A stretch of DNA of 63,881 bases from Candidatus Omnitrophota bacterium (lineage in GTDB: Bacteria; Omnitrophota; Gorgyraeia; Gygaellales; Profunditerraquicolaceae). A program made the translations under genes and the position numbers. The DNA lies in the NCBI GenBank assembly GCA_018812825.1, contig JAHJCJ010000052.1, forward strand, positions 1 to 63,881, in the 5' to 3' direction. This document shows positions 52,995 to 60,753 of this stretch, piece after piece (positions within the stretch are counted from its first letter, which is position 1; each line of letters opens with the position of its first letter). Under the pieces are notes generated by a model, which was given only the letters and a program-made list of their open reading frames with translations, was not told where the DNA came from and did not search any database.

Positions 52995-55459
52995 AAAGGG
53001 GAATAACTGGCACGTTAATTTTAACCTTATTTTTAACTTCCTTCTGTTTTGCTCAAGAAAGCCCAAGGGAAGCAGAGCTGCTTTTTATGACCAAGAAAGC
53101 CTATGAGGACGGTTTTTATGAAGTTGCCTTGGGGATGATTGAGAAGTTTCAAAAGGATTTTCCGGATTCCGTTAAAATAAGCGAAGCACGCCTGTTAATG
53201 GGGCAAAGCTATTTTCATCAGGGCCGTTACCTAGAGGCATTAAATACGCTTGAGGCCTTATTGGTTGATCTAAAAGCCGCGAATCTTAAAGATGCCCTTT
53301 ATTTCTGGATCGCGGAGCTGCATTTTAAAGGCAATAATTTTGAAAAAGCCGTTATTTTTTATCAGAAGTTAATCAATGATTTTCCGCAGTCATCTTATGT
53401 TCCGGCAGCATATTATTCATTAGGGTGGTCATTTTCGCAGATGGGTAAATATAGCCAAGCTTTACAAAGCTTAAAGAGTTTGTTGGAGAGGTTCCCTAGT
53501 GAGCCACAGAGTAAAGATGCTGCCTTTAAATTGATCGAGTGTTTATATAATCTCAAAGAGTATTCTGAATTAAAGAATAAGATTAAATCTGTGCTTAAGC
53601 TTTATGCCAATGATACATTGCGCCTGCCGTATCTGTATTTTTATCTGGCGGAGTCCGAATATTATCTGGATTATCTTAATGAAGCAGCTAAAGATTATCT
53701 TAAATCAGCGCAAGCCTTTAAAGATGAAAAGGCTCAAGGCTTGGCAAAGTTAGGATTGAGCTGGTCTTACCTTAAGCTTAAGAGATATGAAGAAGCTGCA
53801 GAGATGTTTGCTGATATTAGGCAAAGCAGCCTGGATAAGAAAAGCCTGGATATTCTTATATTGGGGCAGGCAGTATTAATGTCACAGTCTAACCGGATTT
53901 ATGAAGCAAAAAAGTTATACCAACAACTTATTGATGTTAGCGGCGATCCTTTGATACGCCTTCAGGCGTATATAGGTAAAGCTGATGCGTTTTATAATTT
54001 AGCCGATTATGCCCAGGCGGTTAAGGTATATGAAGAGGGCTTGGAGGATATAGCTAAAACGGACCATCAATCCAGCCAGACAGATGAATTGATTGATAAG
54101 TTGCGTTACAATTTAGGCCTGGCTTATATAAAACAGGGAGCGGTTAAATCTGGGATAGCCGTATTTGAGGATATCGTTGGTAAAAGCGTTGATCCGGCTG
54201 TAAAGGTTGGGGCGCTTTGCCAGATAGGCGATACTTATCAGGATGCGGGAGAATACTTGAAAGCAGAAGAGGTTTACGCAAAGATTCTGAAGCAATTCCC
54301 TGATTCATCTTTCGCGGATTATGCGTTGTATCAAACCGGACTTTCCCAACTAAAAAGATCTGATTACATATCTGCAGTTGTTTCATTTAAGCTCTTGCCA
54401 AAGAATTATCCGCAATCAAAATTTCTTGAGGATGCAATTTATTCTTTAGGGGTATCTTACTTCTATGAGCAGGATTATGGCTTAAGCTGTGAAATTTTAA
54501 CTAAGTTTCAAAATGAGCTTAAAGGCAGCCGGTTGTCTGGACAGGCCATTTTTATGTTGGGGTTAACCTTACTTAATTTAGGTAAAATTGATGAAGCGCT
54601 CAATATTTTTAAGGATATTCTTAGGCAGCATCCTCAAGACAGCGAATTACTGCAGAAGGCGGAATATGAAATTGCCGATTGTTATTATAAGCTGGGTCAG
54701 AAAAAAGAGGCGCTCAGGCGTTTTAAACTCCTGCGAGTTAAATACCCTGATTCGAAGCTTACTCCGGAGATTATGTGGTGGCTGGGTCAATATTATTACC
54801 GTTTGAATGATTTAAACCTCGCGCGTAGGTATTTTAGCTCCTTGGCAAAAGATTTTCCGCATAACAGCCTATCTGGGGATGCATTATATGCTTTAGGTTT
54901 AGTTTTTAGAGATGAGAATAAGCTTGAACTGGCGGTTGATAATCTGAAGATGGCGATTAAATTTAAAGAAGGAGAGTTAAAGACTGAAGCCGCATTAGCC
55001 GTGGCAGATATTTATTTCCAGCAAGGAAGATTTGAAGAAGCCCTTACTGAATATACGCAGATTCTTAAAAATCATCTTGATTTAGGTTTTTTGGTTTTTC
55101 CCAGGATAGCTAAATGTTATTACAAGACGCAAAATTATGAGCAGGCGAAGCTATTTTATCAAAAAGCTTTGGAGTTGATTGATATTAAGGAAGCCAGCGA
55201 TATTCGGTTTAGTTTAGCTGAGGTGTATGAGATTCAAGATGAATTGGATACTGCGATTGCTATGTATCTTAAATTAGCGGGCGATTATAGTGATAATACG
55301 CAGTTATCAATTCGCGCGTTTTTACGCGCTGCAAGGATCTATGAAGACAAAGATGATTTTAAAAGTGCTTTGGGTATATACGAAAGAATTGCACAGAACA
55401 AGGTTGAAGAATCCAAGTTTGCCCAGGAGCGGATTGAGTGGATTAAGGAGATTAAATAA
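52991..55459 (+). CDS. Large secreted TPR-repeat protein (YbgF-like repeats)
   Basis: Signal peptide, then roughly 20 TPR-like units. 4-nt overlap with the uvrA stop. Confidence 0.7.
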   Translation: MKRGITGTLILTLFLTSFCFAQESPREAELLFMTKKAYEDGFYEVALGMIEKFQKDFPDSVKISEARLLMGQSYFHQGRYLEALNTLEALLVDLKAANLKDALYFWIAELHFKGNNFEKAVIFYQKLINDFPQSSYVPAAYYSLGWSFSQMGKYSQALQSLKSLLERFPSEPQSKDAAFKLIECLYNLKEYSELKNKIKSVLKLYANDTLRLPYLYFYLAESEYYLDYLNEAAKDYLKSAQAFKDEKAQGLAKLGLSWSYLKLKRYEEAAEMFADIRQSSLDKKSLDILILGQAVLMSQSNRIYEAKKLYQQLIDVSGDPLIRLQAYIGKADAFYNLADYAQAVKVYEEGLEDIAKTDHQSSQTDELIDKLRYNLGLAYIKQGAVKSGIAVFEDIVGKSVDPAVKVGALCQIGDTYQDAGEYLKAEEVYAKILKQFPDSSFADYALYQTGLSQLKRSDYISAVVSFKLLPKNYPQSKFLEDAIYSLGVSYFYEQDYGLSCEILTKFQNELKGSRLSGQAIFMLGLTLLNLGKIDEALNIFKDILRQHPQDSELLQKAEYEIADCYYKLGQKKEALRRFKLLRVKYPDSKLTPEIMWWLGQYYYRLNDLNLARRYFSSLAKDFPHNSLSGDALYALGLVFRDENKLELAVDNLKMAIKFKEGELKTEAALAVADIYFQQGRFEEALTEYTQILKNHLDLGFLVFPRIAKCYYKTQNYEQAKLFYQKALELIDIKEASDIRFSLAEVYEIQDELDTAIAMYLKLAGDYSDNTQLSIRAFLRAARIYEDKDDFKSALGIYERIAQNKVEESKFAQERIEWIKEIK

Positions 55460-55537
55460 AGTAGTTGACTTATCTCAGTTTATTTATAAAATACATGCAT
55501 AGCCTACCAGCCGGTAGAAGTGGAGGAAGGAGAAAAA

Positions 55538-55744
55538 ATGATCATTGAAATCGGTATCGTTGCAGGTGAAATTTGGCATTACTTGGATCAGTACGGAGAG
55601 GTCAGCCTTTCTGTTTTAGTTAAGGAGATTGAACGCTCCCCTGATAATGTGTTGATGAGTTTAGGCTGGCTTGCCCGCGAAGGACATGTAATTTTAGTTA
55701 AAATTAATAACGATTATCAGATTTCTTTAAGGAAAGATGCCTGA
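55538..55744 (+). CDS. Small winged-helix protein (DUF2582-like)
   Basis: GEIWHYL...LSLGWLAREG pattern. ATG 55538 follows GGAGGAAGGAG. Confidence 0.55.
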   Translation: MIIEIGIVAGEIWHYLDQYGEVSLSVLVKEIERSPDNVLMSLGWLAREGHVILVKINNDYQISLRKDA

Positions 55745-56132
55745 TAGCGATAGAAAAGGAGTGCTTCTTTTTATTGTTTTAGGGACCATAATTGTGGTCG
55801 CTACCTTGAGCACTGTTATACTAAGAATCATACTTAGCCAAACACGTTTGACCCACCATCAAGTAAGCCGGATTCAAAGCCAATATGCTGCGAAGGCGGG
55901 GATAAATTATGCATTAGATAAGCTGCGCAGAAATGATGATGGTAACTGGCTTGCTACAGGAGAATACACAAGGACTATGTATAGGAGTGGCGCAAGTGTA
56001 GCTGGAGATTTTAATGAACCTAACCTTCCGGGCTCTGTTGATAAAGTGGAAATTACTGTGTATGTGCCAGGTTCAGGTATTTCTGGCACGCGTAAAATAA
56101 GCGCTAAAGCTATATACACCTACACTCCGTAA
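55737..56132 (+). CDS. PilX-N-like minor pseudopilin-like protein
   Basis: An N-terminal hydrophobic helix is followed by ...QSQYAAKAGINYAL, resembling the PilX N-terminal domain. No canonical G/F cleavage site. Confidence 0.45.
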   Translation: MPDSDRKGVLLFIVLGTIIVVATLSTVILRIILSQTRLTHHQVSRIQSQYAAKAGINYALDKLRRNDDGNWLATGEYTRTMYRSGASVAGDFNEPNLPGSVDKVEITVYVPGSGISGTRKISAKAIYTYTP

Positions 56133-56399
56133 TTCAACTCACAATTCATCGCGTAAATCTATTATAATCTAAGTAAGTCTATTATAGTTAAGTGGCCATT
56201 ATTTTTATATTTCTACCAGTTTACCCAAGGTAGTTAGTATAGGTAAATTTGCATCAAAAGACAAAATATTGGTCACTAAACTATTTCGTCATAGCTTTAT
56301 TTAGCCGGCTCAATACTAATAGTTTTTTTGTTCCTCCTCGCTTATCTTCGGTAAATCTCTAAACTAAGTAAGTTTGAGTAAGTTTATATAAAAAAACAC

Positions 56400-56428
56400 T
56401 TGACAAAATATGTGTATTATGTTTTAAT
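56400..56428 (+). promoter_or_regulatory. Candidate promoter of the pilus/secretion operon
   Basis: TTGACA (56400-56405), 17-nt spacer, TGtTTTAAT. Confidence 0.4.
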
Positions 56429-56467
56429 TAAATCCACAGTAATTTATAACTAAAGGAAGTAAGGCTT

Positions 56468-56665
56468 ATGTCAAGACTAATAGATATTGATGAGTTAGCG
56501 GAATACCTAAAATTAAAGAAGCAGACTATATATAACTGGTTAAATCAAGGCAAGATTTCTGGAATGAAGGTGGGAGGAGTTTGGAGATTTGACCGCGCTG
56601 ATATTGATATTTGGTTAAAGAGTAAAAAACGGACCTTCCCTTCAAGGGAAACTTCAGGAGAATAG
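56468..56665 (+). CDS. Excisionase-family (MerR-like) helix-turn-helix protein
   Basis: ELAEYLKLKKQTIYNWLNQGKISGMKVGGVWRF. Ends 2 nt before the pilM-like gene. Confidence 0.7.
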   Translation: MSRLIDIDELAEYLKLKKQTIYNWLNQGKISGMKVGGVWRFDRADIDIWLKSKKRTFPSRETSGE

Positions 56666-56667
56666 TT

Positions 56668-58245
56668 ATGAGCTCTTTAGGGGTATATTTTGGGACTAAT
56701 TCTATTGGACTGGCAGAGGTAAATAAAAAAAAGCTGGTAAATAACGTAGTGATTCAGCAGGCAAGTATGTTTTCCGGTGATTTTGAGGAAAAGGTTCCTA
56801 CAGACGTAAAGATAATTGCCCTAATCAAGGATGCTTTGCGTACCAACCATATAAATGTCGACCATGGGTCTATCTGTATTTCCGGACAGGACCTTATTAT
56901 CCGCACTTTTGAAATTCCTAAGTTGCCGAGTAATGAGTTGCAAAGTGCGATTAATTTTGAAGCTAAGAAATACATCCCTTTTAAGCTGGAAGATTTAGTT
57001 TTTAATTTTCAAGTTGAGTTTGATCAAAAGAATAAGTTAAATACCGTATTGTTTGTTGGTATAAAAAAAGAGATACTGGAAAAATATATTTCTATATCCA
57101 AGCAGTTAAATATCAAAATTAACGCTATTGAGTATTCCGCTTTTAGCCTTTTACGTTTTTTAAGGTTGTGCGGAGCAAAAGATAGCGGGGTTGTTGCCAG
57201 TCTTTGTTTTGACCTGAATAATGAGGATGAAATAAATTTCATGGTTTCTGAAAACGGTTTTCCATTTTTTAGCCGGGATATAGTACTTACTTCTGGTCTT
57301 AACGATTTAGACGCTTCTGCCGTTAACGATCAAGTGAAAAAATATGATAAGCTAAAGAACGAAATACGCGTTTCCCAGGATTATTACCGCCGTAAGTTTC
57401 CAGATAAAGGAATTAAGACCCTTTATGTACTTTCTGGTCAGGATATGCGCGAGGACCTTTCTAATTTTTTTGCTGGTTCTGGTATCTTAGCAAAGTTTGT
57501 TGATACCAGCAAGATTTTAGGTAAAGGCGCAACTTACTCTTCAATTTTGGCTAAAAGCGTCGGGGCCGTACTTTTTAAGGAGTTACCTTTAAAAATAAAA
57601 ATCAACCTTTATAATACCCGGCTAAAGGCAGATAGTGTTAAAGGTAAAGAAGATATTTTCGCCTTTATGGAAGGCGTAAAGATTGATTTCAGGGTTATTT
57701 TCTTGGCTATTTTAATATGCGCAGCTACTTTTGGTTATGGTATATACAGGATTCAGCCGGTGCGCGAAGAATTAAACTCTATAAAAGATAAAAGGCCAAA
57801 GGTCGCCTCTGCCTCTGCGGGAGAAGATTATGCGGTTTTAGCTGCCCGGGATAAAAATCTTAAAAAGAAGCTGAATAACTTAGATAATTTGATTAAAAAC
57901 CAGCTTTACGCTACTTACTTTTTGGATATTCTACCACGTGCTTTGCCGGAAGGCGCCTGGCTTACTAAGTTTACTTCTATGAGCAAGGAAGATGGCCGGC
58001 CTGAAGTTATCCTTGAAGGGGAGGCTTATTTAGGCGATAGCGACAAAGAATTTGAAGCAGTAAGCACATTTTTATCCAACCTTAAGGGCAATCAGTTTTT
58101 TTCCAAGAACTTTAAGGAAATAACCATTACTTCTGTTGATCGTAAGACGATCTGGAATAAGAGCGTGGCTATTTTTAGTATTGCTTGTAGAAATTATCCG
58201 GAGAAAAAAAGAGATGATAACGATAGATTTCTTCAGCAAGAATAA
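56668..58245 (+). CDS. pilM: PilM-PilN fusion (GspL-like architecture): actin-like ATPase domain, TM helix, periplasmic domain
   Basis: 525 aa. The N-terminal ~330 aa are PilM-like, a TM helix (VIFLAILICAATFGYGIY) sits near residue 350, and the C-terminal ~170 aa are PilN-like. Confidence 0.65.
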   Translation: MSSLGVYFGTNSIGLAEVNKKKLVNNVVIQQASMFSGDFEEKVPTDVKIIALIKDALRTNHINVDHGSICISGQDLIIRTFEIPKLPSNELQSAINFEAKKYIPFKLEDLVFNFQVEFDQKNKLNTVLFVGIKKEILEKYISISKQLNIKINAIEYSAFSLLRFLRLCGAKDSGVVASLCFDLNNEDEINFMVSENGFPFFSRDIVLTSGLNDLDASAVNDQVKKYDKLKNEIRVSQDYYRRKFPDKGIKTLYVLSGQDMREDLSNFFAGSGILAKFVDTSKILGKGATYSSILAKSVGAVLFKELPLKIKINLYNTRLKADSVKGKEDIFAFMEGVKIDFRVIFLAILICAATFGYGIYRIQPVREELNSIKDKRPKVASASAGEDYAVLAARDKNLKKKLNNLDNLIKNQLYATYFLDILPRALPEGAWLTKFTSMSKEDGRPEVILEGEAYLGDSDKEFEAVSTFLSNLKGNQFFSKNFKEITITSVDRKTIWNKSVAIFSIACRNYPEKKRDDNDRFLQQE

Positions 58246-58744
58246 AAGCAAGATTATAAATGCTGGAATTATATTACTGGCTATATTTGTGGCTCTTTAT
58301 CTGTATAGCATGCAAGGCCAGCAGCTTGTTTCTTTAGAGGAAAGTAAGGATGAGGAAGCAAAAAAGAGCGAGGTAATCGAAAGCTTAAACCGGGTGGAGA
58401 AAAGAATTAACAGCTATAAATCAACTTTTGACAGGAAAGACTTGGGTTCAGTTATTAGTGCAATGACTGATATCGCAAAGGATACCAGGGTCAAGGTAAT
58501 CTCAGTTAAGCCTGGAGTTGAAAAGCAATATGCGGAGTATACAAAGACTTCTTTTTTAATTGTGGTTAGAGTAGCGGACTATCATGCTTTGGGACAGTTT
58601 ATCGGCAAAGTTGAGAATTACAAAGATTTGTTTATTGTGGAAGACGTTAATATTACTATAGATGAAAGCGGTATTAAGACTGATAAAAGGGCAGGAAGAG
58701 ACCTGGATATCAGTTTGAAGATAAGCACAATAACTTGTCTATAA
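58214..58744 (+). CDS. pilO: PilO/GspM-like inner-membrane assembly protein
   Basis: TM helix, coiled coil, then a ferredoxin-like C-domain (ADYHALGQFIGKVEN). ATG 58214 chosen. Confidence 0.6.
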   Translation: MITIDFFSKNKSKIINAGIILLAIFVALYLYSMQGQQLVSLEESKDEEAKKSEVIESLNRVEKRINSYKSTFDRKDLGSVISAMTDIAKDTRVKVISVKPGVEKQYAEYTKTSFLIVVRVADYHALGQFIGKVENYKDLFIVEDVNITIDESGIKTDKRAGRDLDISLKISTITCL

Positions 58745-58745
58745 T

Positions 58746-59219
58746 ATGAGAAGAGCAGGAAAACTTTTAGGGTTTGTGCTTAGTTCAGTGCTACTGGTGA
58801 ATTTTGCGAATATCGTTTTTGCGGATAGCAATAACGATGGGGTAATTTTGCGTCCTGTAATTGAGTATAGCTCTGGGGATTTACGCGATCCATTCAGCGA
58901 CCTATTGCAGTTAGCTATTGAAAAAGAACAAAAAGAAAAAGAGGGGCAATATATCGAGGCGCCACAAGAAAATACTGATCTACAGAGACCTATACTTAGC
59001 TTGAAGAAATTTAAAGTGCAGGGTGTAATTTGGGGAGGCAAGCTTCCACAGGCAATCATTAATAATAAGATATTAGGGGTTGGGGATTCAATTGATGGTG
59101 CTGAAATAGTAAGCATAGAGAAAAAAGGGATTACTTTAAATTTTGCCGGAAGGATGGCTAATCTGGCTACTCCCGGTAATGCCCCTGTTTTAGAAGAAGG
59201 GGATAAGGAGGAAAAATGA
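58746..59219 (+). CDS. PilP/GspC-like periplasmic protein
   Basis: Signal/TM segment, then KVQGVIWGG..PQAIINNKILGVGDSIDGAEIVSI. Confidence 0.5.
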   Translation: MRRAGKLLGFVLSSVLLVNFANIVFADSNNDGVILRPVIEYSSGDLRDPFSDLLQLAIEKEQKEKEGQYIEAPQENTDLQRPILSLKKFKVQGVIWGGKLPQAIINNKILGVGDSIDGAEIVSIEKKGITLNFAGRMANLATPGNAPVLEEGDKEEK

Positions 59220-60751
59220 AAAAGGCTTTCTTGATTTTTGTTTTTATTTTTTCAATCGTATGTGTATTTTTTATCCCGCATCTAAATGCGCAGGCGCAAG
59301 AGCCTCCTATTGGATCTGAGCCAATCATCTCTATGGATTTTCAGGATGTCAGTATAAAGGATGTACTTAAGATGCTTTCTATGCAGTCAGGGATGAATTT
59401 TATTGCCTCTGAGGCAGTGGCTGACAGAAAGGTAACCCTTTATCTCGATAAAGTACCTTTAACCCAGGCAATGGATAAAATCTTTAGCGCAAATAACCTT
59501 TCTTATGAGTTGGACAGCAAGGCCAATATTTTTGTAGTTAAGGATTGGGGGAAAATGGAGATTGAAACAATTACCAAAGTATTTTATTTAAAGCATGCCA
59601 GTGTTTCATCTTCTTCTTTGATGGCAGAAGCTTCAACTAATACAGGTTCCAGTTCTTCCAGTTCTTCCAGTTCTTCTTCTAGTTCTTCATCTGGTTCTTC
59701 AAGCGGCAAATGGAAGTCAGAAAGTGAGTCTGGGATTACCTATTCTGTAAAGAAATTACTTTCTTCTACTGGTTCATTGGTTGAAGATTTTCGCACCAAT
59801 AGCCTGATTGTTACGGATACGCCTGCGCGTATGAAGGTAATTGCCCAGGTAATTACCTCTCTTGATATTGAAATTCCTCAAATTATGCTCGAAGTAGAAA
59901 TGCTTGATGTAAGCAAGAATTCAATAGATAAACTGGGGGTCAAGTTTGGCCAAACGCCTTTTACGGCGGTTATTTATGGTGCTGCTGCAAGTATGGGATT
60001 TCCTTATGGCAGTTGGGGTAAGATCCTTAATCCTGCCAAAGGAAGTATAAATATTAATCCGGGCTCAATTGATAGTGAAGGCACAGCTACAGGCAATCCT
60101 TACCAGGTTCAAATGGATTTTCTAAAAACACAATCTGATACTAAGGTTTTAGCCAGGCCAAGGATTATGACTCTGAATAATGAAACCGCGGAGATTAAGA
60201 TTACTACTGATGAAGCGGTTGGTGAAATTACTGATACTCAAGGCCAGGGCACAGCTTCATCAACTACTACCAGCGCTGAAAGAGTAGAGACTGGTGTGTT
60301 GCTTAGGGTAACTCCTCAAATAAATTCCGATAATGGAGATATCACCATGTTTGTTTATCCTAGCGTAAAAGATGCTACTGCCAGTACTTTTAACACTTCG
60401 TATAAGGATCCTGAAGAGCGTTCTACTAAATCAACAGTAAGAATTAAAGATGGGGAGACTGTGGTTATTGGAGGACTGATCCGTTATGATAGGTCTGAAA
60501 CTTTGACCAAGTTGCCTATCTTAGGGGATATTCCTATAATCGGAGCTATGTTTAGGCATAAAAATAAAGATAAAGACAGGGAAAGAGAGCTTTTGGTATT
60601 TATTACCCCTCATATCGTTAAGAGTGGCCAGGTAAAGTTAGAGCAAATGCAAAGATTTAGCCTGCCTATCCGCGAACAGAGTGCAGTTACTCACGTTAAC
60701 CGTGATTATTTGATTAACTCCAGCTTGAATAATTTCGATAAAAAGCGATAA
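59216..60751 (+). CDS. pilQ: Secretin (PilQ/GspD family) with a poly-Ser linker
   Basis: N0-like domain, then the secretin core VLARPRIMTLNNETAEI...LPILGDIPIIGAMFRHK...LLVFITPHIV. Confidence 0.85.
   Translation: MKKAFLIFVFIFSIVCVFFIPHLNAQAQEPPIGSEPIISMDFQDVSIKDVLKMLSMQSGMNFIASEAVADRKVTLYLDKVPLTQAMDKIFSANNLSYELDSKANIFVVKDWGKMEIETITKVFYLKHASVSSSSLMAEASTNTGSSSSSSSSSSSSSSSGSSSGKWKSESESGITYSVKKLLSSTGSLVEDFRTNSLIVTDTPARMKVIAQVITSLDIEIPQIMLEVEMLDVSKNSIDKLGVKFGQTPFTAVIYGAAASMGFPYGSWGKILNPAKGSININPGSIDSEGTATGNPYQVQMDFLKTQSDTKVLARPRIMTLNNETAEIKITTDEAVGEITDTQGQGTASSTTTSAERVETGVLLRVTPQINSDNGDITMFVYPSVKDATASTFNTSYKDPEERSTKSTVRIKDGETVVIGGLIRYDRSETLTKLPILGDIPIIGAMFRHKNKDKDRERELLVFITPHIVKSGQVKLEQMQRFSLPIREQSAVTHVNRDYLINSSLNNFDKKR
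59646..59706 (+). repeat. Serine-codon microsatellite (AGTTCTTCC-type 9-nt units) in the secretin gene
   Basis: GTTCCAGTTCTTCCAGTTCTTCCAGTTCTTCTTCTAGTTCTTCATCTGGTTCTTCAAGC, encoding GSSSSSSSSSSSSSSSGSSSG. Confidence 0.85.
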
Positions 60752-60753
60752 GA

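Noticed and set aside
11000-55502. Alternative-frame + strand ORFs: 11000-11281, 27241-27423, 32665-32862, 33660-33926, 36403-36597, 44705-44893, 54588-54806 and 55290-55502.
   Set aside because: They overlap well-supported genes in another frame. The exception, 32665-32862, spans a terminator and an intergenic region. None has a motif or an SD.
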